A stretch of DNA of 64,000 nt from a bacterium (lineage in GTDB: Bacteria; Verrucomicrobiota; Kiritimatiellia; RFP12; UBA1067), in the NCBI GenBank assembly GCA_025360845.1, contig JANYBJ010000303.1:1545-65544 (forward strand), in the 5' to 3' direction. Below the pieces are notes generated by a model that saw only the letters and a list, made by a program, of their open reading frames with translations, was not told where the DNA came from and searched no databases. Of this stretch, positions 53,323 through 63,273 are shown one piece after another (position 1 is the stretch's first letter; each line of letters opens with the position of its first letter). The translations under genes and the position numbers were made by a program.

Positions 53323-55446
53323 TTACGGGTTCACGAGGTCATACTGCGTAGTGCGCTGCGCGGGAAGCCAGCCCGCTTCGCGGATGAGCGCCTGAACCTG
53401 GTCAGCGGTCACGGCATACGCGACGCCTGTCGCGCGGACAACCTGTTCCTCCATCAGCACGCCGCCGAAGTCGTCCGCTCCGAACTGGAGCGCCAACTGC
53501 GCCGCGTCGGGTCCTTCCGTAACCCACCCCGCCTGGATATGGGGCACATTGTCCAGAACCAGACGGGACAGCGCGATCATCCGCAGATAGTCGGCCCCGG
53601 TCTGTTCGGGAAGGTCGAGCGCCGTCCGGTTGGGCTGGAAACTCCAAGGGATGAAGGCCGTAAAGCCGCGGGTCCGGTCTTGAAGTTCACGCACCCGTAT
53701 CAAATGCTCGACGCGCTGCGCCGTGGTTTCGCCCAGGCCGTACACCATCGTGGCGGTCGTCTTCAGGCCCAGCGCATGGGCGGTCTCCATCACATTGAGC
53801 CATTCGCCGGCGGTGGTCTTGTGGGGGCTGACCCGCGCCCGCACCGCATCCACCAGAATCTCCGCGCCGCCTCCGGGCAGCGACTGCAAGCCCGCCGCGA
53901 TCAGCCGTTCCAGCACGCTGCGCACCGACAGGCGCTCCTGCTTTGCGAAGAAAACGATTTCAGTCGGCGAGAGCGAGTGAATCCAGAGCGGCGATTCCTG
54001 CCTGATACGGGCGAACACCTGCTCATAAAAAGCCAGCCCGCAGGCCGGGTTGATTCCGCCCTGTAACAAAATCTGCGTCGCTCCCGCCTGAGCCGCCGCC
54101 CGCACCTTGCTGACGATCTCATCGACGGACAGGGTAAACCCCTGACCCGATTCAGGCGCGACATGAAAGGCGCAGAACGTGCATTTCGCCTCACAGATGT
54201 TGGTGACGTTCAGATTGCGGTCGATCACAAAGGTGACCCGTCTTCCCGCCACGATCTCCCGCCGGCGTTGGAGCGCCGCAACTCCAAGGTGCCCCAGAGG
54301 GGCCGTGTCATGGAGCCATACCGCTTCCTCCGCCGTCAACCGTTTGCCGGCAGCGGCGGAGGACAGGAGGTCGCGGCATGACAATGACGAGGCTCCGGTC
54401 TCCGCCTTGCCGTACGCGTCCGTGCCCGCGTAAACGCTGTTGGTCAAGGCCGGGAGCAGTCTCAGGCTCCGGATGAACGCCTCCATTTCCTTAGGCGACG
54501 AGAACCGGTGGCAGTCCGGCGCTCCGGCGGCCTTGGCAATGCGCTCGTCCAAGCTGGTCCCGCCGATATCATCCACGCCGCCCTGCGTCAGTGCCCCCAG
54601 CAGCTTGCGGTCCACGTAATTCACGAGCATGCGCAGATGAGGCACGTTGTCGAGAAAAAGACGGGAGAGCGCCGCGACGCGCGCGATCCGGTCGCCGGAC
54701 GCTCCGCGCCTGATGTCAAGCTCGGTCCCGGCGGGATGAAAAGGCAGAGGAATGAAAGCTTTGAAGCCGCCGGCTTTGTCCTGCAGTGCGCGTATCCTGG
54801 AAAGATGATCGACGATGTCCGCATCCGTCTCGAGGTGGCCGAACAGCATCGTCGCATTGGTCGGGATACTCAACTGATGCGCCGTCTCGTGAACCGCGAG
54901 CCACTCCGATGCGGGTATTTTGCGGGTGCAGATGCGCTCCCGGACCTCCTCGGCGAAGATCTCCGCCCCGCCGCCGGACAGGGCTCCCAAGCCCGCCTCG
55001 CGCAAGCGGATCAGGACTTCGCGGACGGCAAGGCCGGCCTGATCCGCCAGCCAGCGGATTTCCACGGCGGTCATTCCCTGAATCAACGCGCCGGGAATGA
55101 TTTCCTTCGCGAGGCGCAGAAGCTTCTCATAGTACGCCAGATCCAGCTCCGGGATGATGCCTCCCACCACGTGCAGATCGGTCAGGTTCCAGTCGCGGAC
55201 GTGCATGAGAACATCGCGCGCCTCGTCGAGCGTCAGGACATAGGCGGTCTGCGCATCGCGCTCCCGCCAAAAAGCGCACAGTTTGCAGCGGTTCTCGCAG
55301 AGGTTCGTCGGATTCAGGTTGTAGCTGTGGACATAATAAGTGGCACACCCGTGCCGCGCCCGACGTTGCCCATCCGCCAGCGCCATCAGCTCCGCTGTGG
55401 AAGCGCTTTGCAACGCCTTCAAAGCCTGGTCGGGACTCCATCTCAT
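53323..55446 (-). CDS. Tandem radical-SAM fusion of MqnE/MqnC-type enzymes (aminofutalosine synthase + cyclic dehypoxanthinyl-futalosine synthase)
   Basis: 707 aa. Two CxxxCxxC clusters (CENRCKLCAF, CEAKCTFCAF), each followed by a full CofG/CofH/Mqn-like barrel (GGGAEI..., FIP.. motifs). Lies in the mqn operon. Confidence 0.75.
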   Translation of the reverse strand: MRWSPDQALKALQSASTAELMALADGQRRARHGCATYYVHSYNLNPTNLCENRCKLCAFWRERDAQTAYVLTLDEARDVLMHVRDWNLTDLHVVGGIIPELDLAYYEKLLRLAKEIIPGALIQGMTAVEIRWLADQAGLAVREVLIRLREAGLGALSGGGAEIFAEEVRERICTRKIPASEWLAVHETAHQLSIPTNATMLFGHLETDADIVDHLSRIRALQDKAGGFKAFIPLPFHPAGTELDIRRGASGDRIARVAALSRLFLDNVPHLRMLVNYVDRKLLGALTQGGVDDIGGTSLDERIAKAAGAPDCHRFSSPKEMEAFIRSLRLLPALTNSVYAGTDAYGKAETGASSLSCRDLLSSAAAGKRLTAEEAVWLHDTAPLGHLGVAALQRRREIVAGRRVTFVIDRNLNVTNICEAKCTFCAFHVAPESGQGFTLSVDEIVSKVRAAAQAGATQILLQGGINPACGLAFYEQVFARIRQESPLWIHSLSPTEIVFFAKQERLSVRSVLERLIAAGLQSLPGGGAEILVDAVRARVSPHKTTAGEWLNVMETAHALGLKTTATMVYGLGETTAQRVEHLIRVRELQDRTRGFTAFIPWSFQPNRTALDLPEQTGADYLRMIALSRLVLDNVPHIQAGWVTEGPDAAQLALQFGADDFGGVLMEEQVVRATGVAYAVTADQVQALIREAGWLPAQRTTQYDLVNP

Positions 55447-56198
55447 GCCACTCCCTCCGCCAGCATCCGCCTGAACAACTCCATCCCCTCGCGCTCACGG
55501 GCGCCGAGTTCATGGCGAAGACACCGTGTCAAATAATCATGGATGAACGCCTGCGGGCGGTGAAGCGTTTCAGCAAAGCGTGCGGTGAGGCGCGGAAGCG
55601 AGAGGAGTCCCGCCTGATATGCGGCATGCGCAATGCCGGAAAAGTCGGCCGCGGCCGGATGGTCGCGCCGATAGGCCCATACGGCAAACACAAACGGCAG
55701 ACCGGTCAATTCCTTCCAGGCCATGGCCAGATCGATGTCACCTCCAGGCGCAGGCGCGGAGCAGAGCGCACGGTCGCCGATGACGACAGCCGCGTCAACC
55801 GCGGCCTCCTTGCGGAAGGGCTCCATCACCACAGCACGCCGGAAATGCCGCTTCAGCAGCAATTCGGCCAGCGCGTTCGAGGTCGCCGAGGCAGGGTCTC
55901 TCATGACCGATCTCACCTGCGCCACAGGCACGTTGCACTTCAGCAACACGCTCTGCACCACTCCGTCGGCGGCAACGCCCAGCCCCTCGATCATCGCAAG
56001 GTCCGGATTGCGAAAACAATCCGCCACCGGAATCAGGGCGACGTCAACGCTCTTGTTCGTGAGTGCCCTTGCGAGCTGGGCGGGATGGTCGAACAGGAGG
56101 CGCACCCGGGGATCGACAGCCTGCAGGCAGTCGGCCAGCGGCGCGGCGTTACAGTAGGGGGATGCGGCGAAAACCAGTGTGGTCGCGGAGGGTTGCAT
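55443..56198 (-). CDS. mqnA: Chorismate dehydratase (futalosine pathway MqnA)
   Basis: 251 aa. VitK2_biosynth-family pattern (SPYCNAAPL, VDVALIPV). 4-nt overlap with the downstream gene. Confidence 0.75.
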   Translation of the reverse strand: MQPSATTLVFAASPYCNAAPLADCLQAVDPRVRLLFDHPAQLARALTNKSVDVALIPVADCFRNPDLAMIEGLGVAADGVVQSVLLKCNVPVAQVRSVMRDPASATSNALAELLLKRHFRRAVVMEPFRKEAAVDAAVVIGDRALCSAPAPGGDIDLAMAWKELTGLPFVFAVWAYRRDHPAAADFSGIAHAAYQAGLLSLPRLTARFAETLHRPQAFIHDYLTRCLRHELGAREREGMELFRRMLAEGVA

Positions 56199-56268
56199 CA
56201 GGCGACCTCCTTTCGAGTTGAGGCCTTCGGCCCGAAGCCGGAGAAACCCGTGGATTGACAGGTTGTCA

Positions 56269-58047
56269 TCATGTCAGCCTCGGCAGTCCATAGCGGTTCC
56301 AGTTGTCGGTCACGCGCTGTTCCTTCGCAGGATCGAAGGCCACCGGCAGGCGATACCCTTCCTTCCAGGTGGCGTCGAAGAGGATCGGCACATGCAGGAT
56401 CAACCGGTTGCCGGCCTGCTCGCGCCGCGCCGGGTGCAGGTCGGCAAGCGGGTCAAAACGCGTGAACCAGCCCCACAGGGCGAGCCGGTCATCGTGAAGG
56501 GGAACATCGTCCGATACCGCAGCCTGGAACACATACTGCCGGGTTACGGGATGCTCCCGCAGCGCCCGGATCACGGCCGTCTTGCGCCACGTCCGGCTGA
56601 CCTGCACCATGAGCACCCCTTCGCCTAAGGCGCGCAGCGCCAGAATGTCGGGATGGACATCGGCCGGCGGCGGCGGCGGCGGCGGGGCGGGGCGCAGGGG
56701 CGAGCGTTGCCCCCGGTGGGCCAGCAGAATCAGGCGGCTGCCCACATTCATGGACGGCCCGCTGAAATCGAGCGTGTCCTGCGCGGTCGGCGCCAGCAGG
56801 TGCAGACCGTCGGCCGGGTCGAAGTGTTGCCGCAACGCCCGGCTCACGGCGCGGAAATCGCGGATCTTCACATCGCTGTCCACCGCGATCAGGATCTTGG
56901 TGAGCGACAACTGGCCCTCGCCCATGACCCCAAGCGCGTATTTCAGCGACTCACGTTCGTAACGCGGCCCGACCGCCATCACAGCCAGAGGGTGGAACCC
57001 GGTCTCCGCATACGACCACAGGTCGCCGATGCCGGGCTTGATCATTTTCAGCAGGGGCACACACAGCTCCTGCAGGGCATTGCCGATGTAAAAATCTTCC
57101 TGCGGCGGCTTGCCCACCACCGTCGCCGGATAAATGGCATCCTTGCGCGCCAACAGGCGGTCCACACGATACACCGGAAAATCCGCGGAGTGGGAATAAT
57201 GGCCGAGGTGGTCGCCAAAGGGTCCTTCCCTCCGCACGTCTCCGGCAACCACACGGCCCTCCAGCACAAACTCGGCCGTGGCCGGAATCCGATGACCCGT
57301 TGTGGCGCGGGAAATCACATCCAGCGGACGGCCCATGAGCAGGGCCGCCAGCAGACGTTCGTCCATATCCTCCGGCAAAGGGGCGATCGCCGCGAGGGTC
57401 AGGGCGGGAGGCCCGCCCAGAAAGACGCTCACCGGCAGCGGTTGTCCCATTCGGCAGGCCTTCTGAAAATGAAACCCTCCACCCTTCTCGATTTGCCAGT
57501 GCATGCCGGTCGAGTCGTCGTCATAGCGTTGCATCCGGTAAATGCCCAAATTCCCGCTGCCCGTTTCCGGGTCAACCGTATGCACGAGCGGCAGCGTGAA
57601 GAAAGGTCCGCCGTCCAAGGGCCAGCAGGTCAGGCAGGGCAGGCGCGTCAACTGCGGCGGGGCGTGCAGCTCATCCAATACCGGCCCGGAGCGGCGATTC
57701 CGCATGCGGACGTCCAGAAAACGGAAAAGGGACTTGCGGTTTTTCCACACCGCGGAAACAGTCGGCGGCATCAGCGCTCCGGCCAGCGAGGCCAGTTCAC
57801 CGCCGATGTCTGCCGGCGGGCGGCCGAAGACCCGCTCGACCCGCTCTGCGGTTCCGAACAGGTTGCTGACCACGCGGTAGGGCGACCCCTTCACTCTCTC
57901 AAAAAGCAACGCGGGGCCGTTCGCCGCGAGCACGCGGTGTTGGATGATCGTGATGTCCTGGTCCGGGTCGACCTCCTCCTTGACGCGCACCAGCTCGCCA
58001 CTTTGCTCCAAGTTCTGGATGAAGCTGCGCAGATCCGGAAAACTCAT
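56269..58047 (-). CDS. UbiD-family (prenylated-FMN dependent) decarboxylase, menaquinone-associated
   Basis: 592 aa. UbiD-like throughout (MSFPDLRSFIQNLEQSGELVRVKEEVDP..., GIYRMQ). Lies between ubiX and mqnA. Confidence 0.85.
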   Translation of the reverse strand: MSFPDLRSFIQNLEQSGELVRVKEEVDPDQDITIIQHRVLAANGPALLFERVKGSPYRVVSNLFGTAERVERVFGRPPADIGGELASLAGALMPPTVSAVWKNRKSLFRFLDVRMRNRRSGPVLDELHAPPQLTRLPCLTCWPLDGGPFFTLPLVHTVDPETGSGNLGIYRMQRYDDDSTGMHWQIEKGGGFHFQKACRMGQPLPVSVFLGGPPALTLAAIAPLPEDMDERLLAALLMGRPLDVISRATTGHRIPATAEFVLEGRVVAGDVRREGPFGDHLGHYSHSADFPVYRVDRLLARKDAIYPATVVGKPPQEDFYIGNALQELCVPLLKMIKPGIGDLWSYAETGFHPLAVMAVGPRYERESLKYALGVMGEGQLSLTKILIAVDSDVKIRDFRAVSRALRQHFDPADGLHLLAPTAQDTLDFSGPSMNVGSRLILLAHRGQRSPLRPAPPPPPPPADVHPDILALRALGEGVLMVQVSRTWRKTAVIRALREHPVTRQYVFQAAVSDDVPLHDDRLALWGWFTRFDPLADLHPARREQAGNRLILHVPILFDATWKEGYRLPVAFDPAKEQRVTDNWNRYGLPRLT

Positions 58048-58604
58048 CGCACCGTTCCCCAGTTTTCAGCAGACTCGTGCCCCAGCATTGACAGGACGCG
58101 GTCAACATAGGCACCCAGCAGATCGTCCATCGTGACCGATCCAGGGTCACGGCCAGCCATCATGTAGAAGGGCGGTGAGAGCGGCATGATGATGCCGCCG
58201 GCGGCAGCCGTGTTCACGGCGCTCTGGAGGTTGATCAGCGACCACGGCGTTTCGCGGATGCAGAGGATGAGTTTGCGCTGCTCCTTCAGGTGACAGTGGG
58301 CCGCGCGGGTAATCAGGGTGTCACCGATGCCATGCGCGATCTTGCCCAGCGTATTGGCCGTACAAGGAAGAACGACCATGCCACGGGTAGGCACCGACCC
58401 CGAGGCGATCGGCGCCTTCAGGTCCGAGTCGGCGTAAACCTCGGCCGCGCGAGCCTCCAACGAAGCGAACGCGCCACACTCCTGCTCATAGACGGCCCGC
58501 CCCTGTTCGCTCGCGACCAGCGTCACTGGCCAAGGTGCCTTTTCGACCAAGATCCGGGTCGCATGCACCCCCGTCGCGCCTGTTAATGCCACTACCAAGT
58601 TCAC
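58044..58604 (-). CDS. ubiX: Flavin prenyltransferase UbiX
   Basis: 186 aa. VVALTGATG, VVLPCTANTLGKIAHGIGDTLITRAA. Confidence 0.9.
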   Translation of the reverse strand: MNLVVALTGATGVHATRILVEKAPWPVTLVASEQGRAVYEQECGAFASLEARAAEVYADSDLKAPIASGSVPTRGMVVLPCTANTLGKIAHGIGDTLITRAAHCHLKEQRKLILCIRETPWSLINLQSAVNTAAAGGIIMPLSPPFYMMAGRDPGSVTMDDLLGAYVDRVLSMLGHESAENWGTVR

Positions 58605-60040
58605 GGCAAACCTTCCATCAAAATCACCAGTGCCCCCGCGACCCCCGCGATGGCAGAGATAGGGAAAAACCGGATATGGACCGGAATCTTTTGCCAGTAG
58701 GCCAACGTCATCGCAGACAAGGCCACGAGCAGTGCGATACCCGACGTCACACCGCCCGCACTATACCAAAGACGGACTAAGGCCGCCGCAGAAATCAGAT
58801 GCGTAAGGGCCGCGATGACCTGAGCGCGCGCCGGACCCGCAGCGGCGGGCAGGCTGCGCACCCCATGCGCCCGGTCAAAGTCGATGTCCAGAAGCGCGTA
58901 GATGATATCGAACCCGCTCATCCAGCCGAAGGTGAAGAGCGCGAGGAGACACACCTCGGGCGTGAACGCTAGGCTGCCCGAGACAGCCACGAACGCGCCG
59001 AGCGGCGCGAGGGCCAGGCACAGGCCGATCCCGTAGTGGCACAGGCAGGTAAACCGCTTGAGAAACGAATAGAGCGCCAAGGGCACGAGCGGGACAAGGG
59101 CGAGCATGAACAGCGTGGGTATCAGGAGCGCGCAGCCCAGCAGATAGGCCGCGAGCCCCGTCGCCGCGATCACATAGCCATGGAACAACGACAGCCGTCT
59201 CGCAGGCAGTTCACGATTCGAGGTGCGCGGATTCTTGGCGTCGATGTCGCAGTCGGCGATGCGGTTGATCGCCATGCCGAAGGTGCGGGCCCCGGTTCCG
59301 ATCAGGGCGATGAGCGCCAGCGCCCGCAGCGGGGGACAGTGGCCGCCGGCACCGAGCCACGCGCCGGCAAAGAGCAGGGGCAGGCTGAAAACGGTGTGTT
59401 CCACGCGCGTGAAGCGAAGCAGCTTCGGCACAAAGGCGCCAGAGGCGCGTGCGTCAAGGTCGAGGGCCTGAAGCACGTGGCCGGCCACATGCTCAGAGAC
59501 GGAGTTCAGGTGTTTGCGGATATCCGATTTTCCGTCCCGGTCGCCAAAGTCGGTGACGCCCTTGATGAGACAGCAGGGGATGTGGCGCTCTTGGCATTCG
59601 GCGGCAACCGCAAAGCCCTCCATGTCCACCAGTTCGCCGACTTTCGCCAAGGCGGTTCGCCGACCGGAATCGAACACCGGTTCCCGTACCGTGACCAGCG
59701 TCCTGCGCTCCAGGCCGGGCGCACGGTCAAGGTGCAACGCGCAGACGCGCTCCGGCTGCTCTCCGTCGACCACGGAGCTGACCGTGAAAACGCCACCCCG
59801 GTCGATTCCGCCGGCAAGCGCGCCGCAGACGCCGGCATTGATGATTTGGCGGACGGAATGCCTCTCGACGAGTTCCCGGCAGGCCTCACGGGCTGCGGCC
59901 ATGCCCATGCCGGAGATGATCACGCAGGCGTGACCGTTGAAGCGGTAGGCGACAAACGGCGACGTGCTGAGCCGCTCGGCATGTCCTCTGTCCAAGAGCG
60001 GGCGGGCCTCCTCCGCCGTCGCAAACAGCACCCCGGTCAT
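58601..60040 (-). CDS. Fusion: futalosine hydrolase/nucleosidase (MqnB-like, PNP_UDP_1 fold) + UbiA-family polyprenyltransferase (MqnP-like)
   Basis: 479 aa. N-terminal ~200 aa are nucleosidase-like (VIISGMGMAAA, VDMEGFAVA). The C-terminal multi-TM part carries NRIADCDIDAKNPRT (NxxxDxxxD) and YALLDIDFD. Confidence 0.75.
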   Translation of the reverse strand: MTGVLFATAEEARPLLDRGHAERLSTSPFVAYRFNGHACVIISGMGMAAAREACRELVERHSVRQIINAGVCGALAGGIDRGGVFTVSSVVDGEQPERVCALHLDRAPGLERRTLVTVREPVFDSGRRTALAKVGELVDMEGFAVAAECQERHIPCCLIKGVTDFGDRDGKSDIRKHLNSVSEHVAGHVLQALDLDARASGAFVPKLLRFTRVEHTVFSLPLLFAGAWLGAGGHCPPLRALALIALIGTGARTFGMAINRIADCDIDAKNPRTSNRELPARRLSLFHGYVIAATGLAAYLLGCALLIPTLFMLALVPLVPLALYSFLKRFTCLCHYGIGLCLALAPLGAFVAVSGSLAFTPEVCLLALFTFGWMSGFDIIYALLDIDFDRAHGVRSLPAAAGPARAQVIAALTHLISAAALVRLWYSAGGVTSGIALLVALSAMTLAYWQKIPVHIRFFPISAIAGVAGALVILMEGLP

Positions 60041-60858
60041 AGTCCTCCTCCCACCTTTTGCACGAGGGTCTCCAGAGCGGCAACCGCCGCGCGTCCGGTC
60101 GCGCCGAGATCAAGACTGAATTCGTTCACATACGTTTTGATGTGCTTCCGGATGACCTCGTCATCGAGTTCCTGCGCGTACCGCTTGATATAGGCCTGCG
60201 GCGCCGCCGGGTTCTTCAAGGCGAAGCGCAGCGACCGCTCGATCAGCTCTTCGCAACCGGCGATGCCCTCTTCGCCGAGCGTTTTCCGCGCCGCGATACA
60301 GCCGAGCGGTATCGGCAGGCCGGTTTGCGATTCCCACCAGTCGCCCAGATCCGCGAGGCAGGCAAGGCCCCTCTGGCGATACACAAAGCGGCCTTCATGG
60401 ATGATCACGCCCGCATCGACCCCTCCGCTTGCCACCATCCCCATGATCCGGTCATAGGGGACGAAAACCCGGTTTCGTGCCTCCGGCGCCCACAGGCGAA
60501 AGAGCAGGTGGGCGGTCGTATGTTCACCCGGAATCGCGATTTTGGCGAGAGGTGGGAGGTGCGGGCCGAAGGAGTCCCGGACGACGACAAGCGGTCCGCA
60601 GCCGCGTCCCAGGGTCGCGCCAACCCGCAGAAGCTGATAGGCGTCGCGAACCTGCAGCCACGCGTGAAAGGAAAGCTTGGTCACGTCGTAGACGCTGTCA
60701 AAGGCCATTCGGTTGAGCGTCTCGACATCGTGAAGCCGGGTCTCGATTTCCAACTGTCCGCCGAAGCGGTCAAGGGGCAACTCGACACGGTCAGCCGCCA
60801 GGCCGTAAAAAGTAAAGGTGTCGTTCGGACACGGTGAATAGGCAACGCTTAATGTCAC
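60037..60858 (-). CDS. mqnD: 1,4-dihydroxy-6-naphthoate synthase
   Basis: 273 aa. MTLSVAYSPCPNDTFTFYGL, HDVETLN, DVTKLSFHAW. Confidence 0.85.
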   Translation of the reverse strand: MTLSVAYSPCPNDTFTFYGLAADRVELPLDRFGGQLEIETRLHDVETLNRMAFDSVYDVTKLSFHAWLQVRDAYQLLRVGATLGRGCGPLVVVRDSFGPHLPPLAKIAIPGEHTTAHLLFRLWAPEARNRVFVPYDRIMGMVASGGVDAGVIIHEGRFVYRQRGLACLADLGDWWESQTGLPIPLGCIAARKTLGEEGIAGCEELIERSLRFALKNPAAPQAYIKRYAQELDDEVIRKHIKTYVNEFSLDLGATGRAAVAALETLVQKVGGGL

Positions 60859-61120
60859 GAGGGGCTTGTCTCCGTTTAGCCGGTCACGCCGTAGGGGATT
60901 TCAGGCCGGCTGCGAACCACGGAATACCGGGGAAATCGATATCGTAGAAATGTCCTATTATGTCATTTAGTCGGCAATTGTAAAGACCCGACCGCGCGGG
61001 CCCTGTGAAACCGCTCATTCGGGCCAATTGGGTCTTGAACGGGAAAGTTATTCATGATAAATTTCAGAATTCGTCTTGACCTTATGGGTGGTTCCGATAC
61101 GTGAAGAAGGATGACTGCAA

Positions 61121-63253
61121 ATGAATGGAATCTCGACTGGGCGGGCTCTGGGCCGGGGATGGTTTGTGCTGGCGGCGATGTGCCTGTTCCCCAGCACTCG
61201 CACCCTGGGCGCGGCGATCACGAACAGCGACTGCATGGACTGCCATGAAGATGCGAAACTCACCCGTGTGGTTTCAGGGGTGACCAACTCGCTGCAGGTG
61301 GTTGAGAAGGTGCTGAAAAAGTCGGTTCATTCGCAACTCTCCTGCACGGACTGTCACGCGGGCATCAAGGAACTTCCGCACGCTGAAAAGTTGCCTGCCC
61401 CGCAGTGCGGGACTTGCCATGAAGACATCGCCAAGGCGTACACCGACAGCATCCACGGTGCGAGCGTGCGCATGGGGGCTTCGGGCGCGGCGACCTGTTC
61501 CTCCTGCCACGGAGCGCACAACATCGCGCCTGTCAAGCAGGGCGACTCGCCGGTGTTTAAGCTCAACCTGCCGTCGACCTGCGCGCGCTGCCACAGCAAC
61601 GCCAATCTGACATCCGAATACCGTTTGAAATTCCCGGAAGCCGCCTCGCAATACATGGAAAGCATCCACGGGCGCGCCTTGATCAAGCTGGGCCTGACGA
61701 TGGCCCCGTCCTGCAGCGACTGCCATGGCGTCCACAATATCCGCCGGAGCGTGGACCGCGATTCGCAGATCAACCATGCCCATATCGCCGACACCTGCGG
61801 CAAGTGTCACTTGGGTGTGGAGAAAACCTATCTGAAGAGCGTGCATGGCCAGCTCCTTGCCAAGGGCGACGCCCGCGGTCCCGTCTGCACGGACTGCCAT
61901 TCGGCGCACCAGATCGAAGCGCAAGAGGGCGGGCTTCGCAAGGCATCGAGCGACCAGCGCTGCGGCAAATGCCATCAGGATAGGCTGGAAAATTACATGG
62001 AGACCTATCACGGCAAAGCCATCGCCCTGGGGGCCTCGCACGCGGCCTCTGAGGTGGCGGCCTGCTACGACTGCCATGGCCACCACGACGTGCTTCCGCC
62101 TTCGAACCCGGAGTCCCGTCTGTCCGCGACCAACATCCTGCAGACCTGCCAGCAATGCCATAAGGGCGCCACAGCGAAGTTCACCGAGTATGTTCCCCAT
62201 GCCGACCCGACGGACCGCAAGCACTATCCTCTCCTCCACGCTGTCTTTCTCGCGATGACAGGCCTGCTGGTGGGCACGTTTGCCTTCTTCGGGCTGCACA
62301 CGGCCCTTTGGCTGTTCCGCTCCGTCTATCTGTTTCTCCACGATTCGAAAACCTTCCGCGAAGCCAAGGTAAAGACCCAGGTCGATGACCAGTGGTTTAC
62401 CCGTTTCTCACCGTTTGAACGGATGCTGCATATCATGGTCGTCACCAGTTTCCTTCTGCTGGTGGTAACTGGCATGCCGCTGAAATTCCACTACACCGAC
62501 TGGGGCAAGGCCATCTTCCACGTCCTTGGAGGGGCGCCGGTGGCCCGCTCGCTGCATCATTTCGCGGCCATCATCACGTTTCTGTATTTCGCCCTGCATC
62601 TGACGGACCGCATCCGCTCCTGCTGGCAGGGCCGGGGCAACCTGTTTGATCCCGAGACCGGGCGGTTCCAGATGAAGCGGCTCACCGATATCCTCGTGGG
62701 CCCCGATTCCATGGTTCCCAACAAGAAAGACTGGCAAGAATTTATAGCGCATCAAAAGTGGTTCTTCGGAAAGGGGCCGCGGCCCGAGTTCGATCGCTGG
62801 ACCTATTGGGAGAAGTTCGACTATCTCGCGGTCTTTTGGGGCGTCGCCATGATTGGCGCCTCCGGCCTGGTCATGTGGTTCCCGCTGTTCTTCACCCGGT
62901 TCATGCCGGGCTGGGCGATCAACATCGCGATGATCATTCATTCCGACGAGGCGCTGCTGGCGGCGGGCTTCATCTTCACCTTCCATTTCTTCAACACGCA
63001 CTTCCGGATTGAGAAGTTCCCGATGGACACCGTGATCTTCTCGGGGCGCATCTCAAAGGCCGAAATGCTGCATGAGCGCAAGCGCTGGTATGACCGGCTT
63101 GTGGCGACGGATAAACTGGAAAGCCACCGTGTTCAGGACGAATGGACGCGCTGGAGAAATATCGCCCGGACGTTCGGGTACCTGTTCTTCGGGACGGGGA
63201 TTATCCTGCTCTTCTTGATCGTGGTGGCGATGGCCGCACGCCTGTTGCACTAG
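61121..63253 (+). CDS. Fusion of an 11-haem periplasmic cytochrome c domain with a C-terminal ~6-TM b-type-cytochrome-like membrane domain (CbcL-like quinol:cytochrome oxidoreductase)
   Basis: 710 aa with a signal peptide and 11 CXXCH motifs: CMDCH, CTDCH, CGTCH, CSSCH, CARCH, CSDCH, CGKCH, CTDCH, CGKCH, CYDCH, CQQCH. The TM helices carry conserved-looking His ([31 protein letters not shown]). Confidence 0.8.
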   Translation: MNGISTGRALGRGWFVLAAMCLFPSTRTLGAAITNSDCMDCHEDAKLTRVVSGVTNSLQVVEKVLKKSVHSQLSCTDCHAGIKELPHAEKLPAPQCGTCHEDIAKAYTDSIHGASVRMGASGAATCSSCHGAHNIAPVKQGDSPVFKLNLPSTCARCHSNANLTSEYRLKFPEAASQYMESIHGRALIKLGLTMAPSCSDCHGVHNIRRSVDRDSQINHAHIADTCGKCHLGVEKTYLKSVHGQLLAKGDARGPVCTDCHSAHQIEAQEGGLRKASSDQRCGKCHQDRLENYMETYHGKAIALGASHAASEVAACYDCHGHHDVLPPSNPESRLSATNILQTCQQCHKGATAKFTEYVPHADPTDRKHYPLLHAVFLAMTGLLVGTFAFFGLHTALWLFRSVYLFLHDSKTFREAKVKTQVDDQWFTRFSPFERMLHIMVVTSFLLLVVTGMPLKFHYTDWGKAIFHVLGGAPVARSLHHFAAIITFLYFALHLTDRIRSCWQGRGNLFDPETGRFQMKRLTDILVGPDSMVPNKKDWQEFIAHQKWFFGKGPRPEFDRWTYWEKFDYLAVFWGVAMIGASGLVMWFPLFFTRFMPGWAINIAMIIHSDEALLAAGFIFTFHFFNTHFRIEKFPMDTVIFSGRISKAEMLHERKRWYDRLVATDKLESHRVQDEWTRWRNIARTFGYLFFGTGIILLFLIVVAMAARLLH

Positions 63254-63273
63254 TTTCTAAGGGAAACGACCTT

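Noticed and set aside
53323-55446. FbiC (F420 FO synthase, CofG+CofH fusion) as the identity of the tandem radical-SAM protein
   Set aside because: It is shorter than the FbiC length I recall (~850 aa) and is embedded in and translationally coupled to mqnA within a complete futalosine operon. This cannot be fully excluded without HMM scoring.
54508-60193. Several long plus-strand ORFs (54508-55536, 55512-56258, 56653-58110, 59036-60193)
   Set aside because: All are antisense to the contiguous mqn/ubiX/ubiD operon genes, which carry clear family motifs.
61035-61063. Sigma70-like promoter TTGAAC-N17-TAAATT upstream of the CbcL-like gene
   Set aside because: It is plausible by spacing, but the promoter consensus for this lineage is unknown and a single match in an AT-richer spacer is weak evidence.
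61274-62341. 355-aa minus-strand ORF
   Set aside because: Antisense to the 11-haem cytochrome gene.
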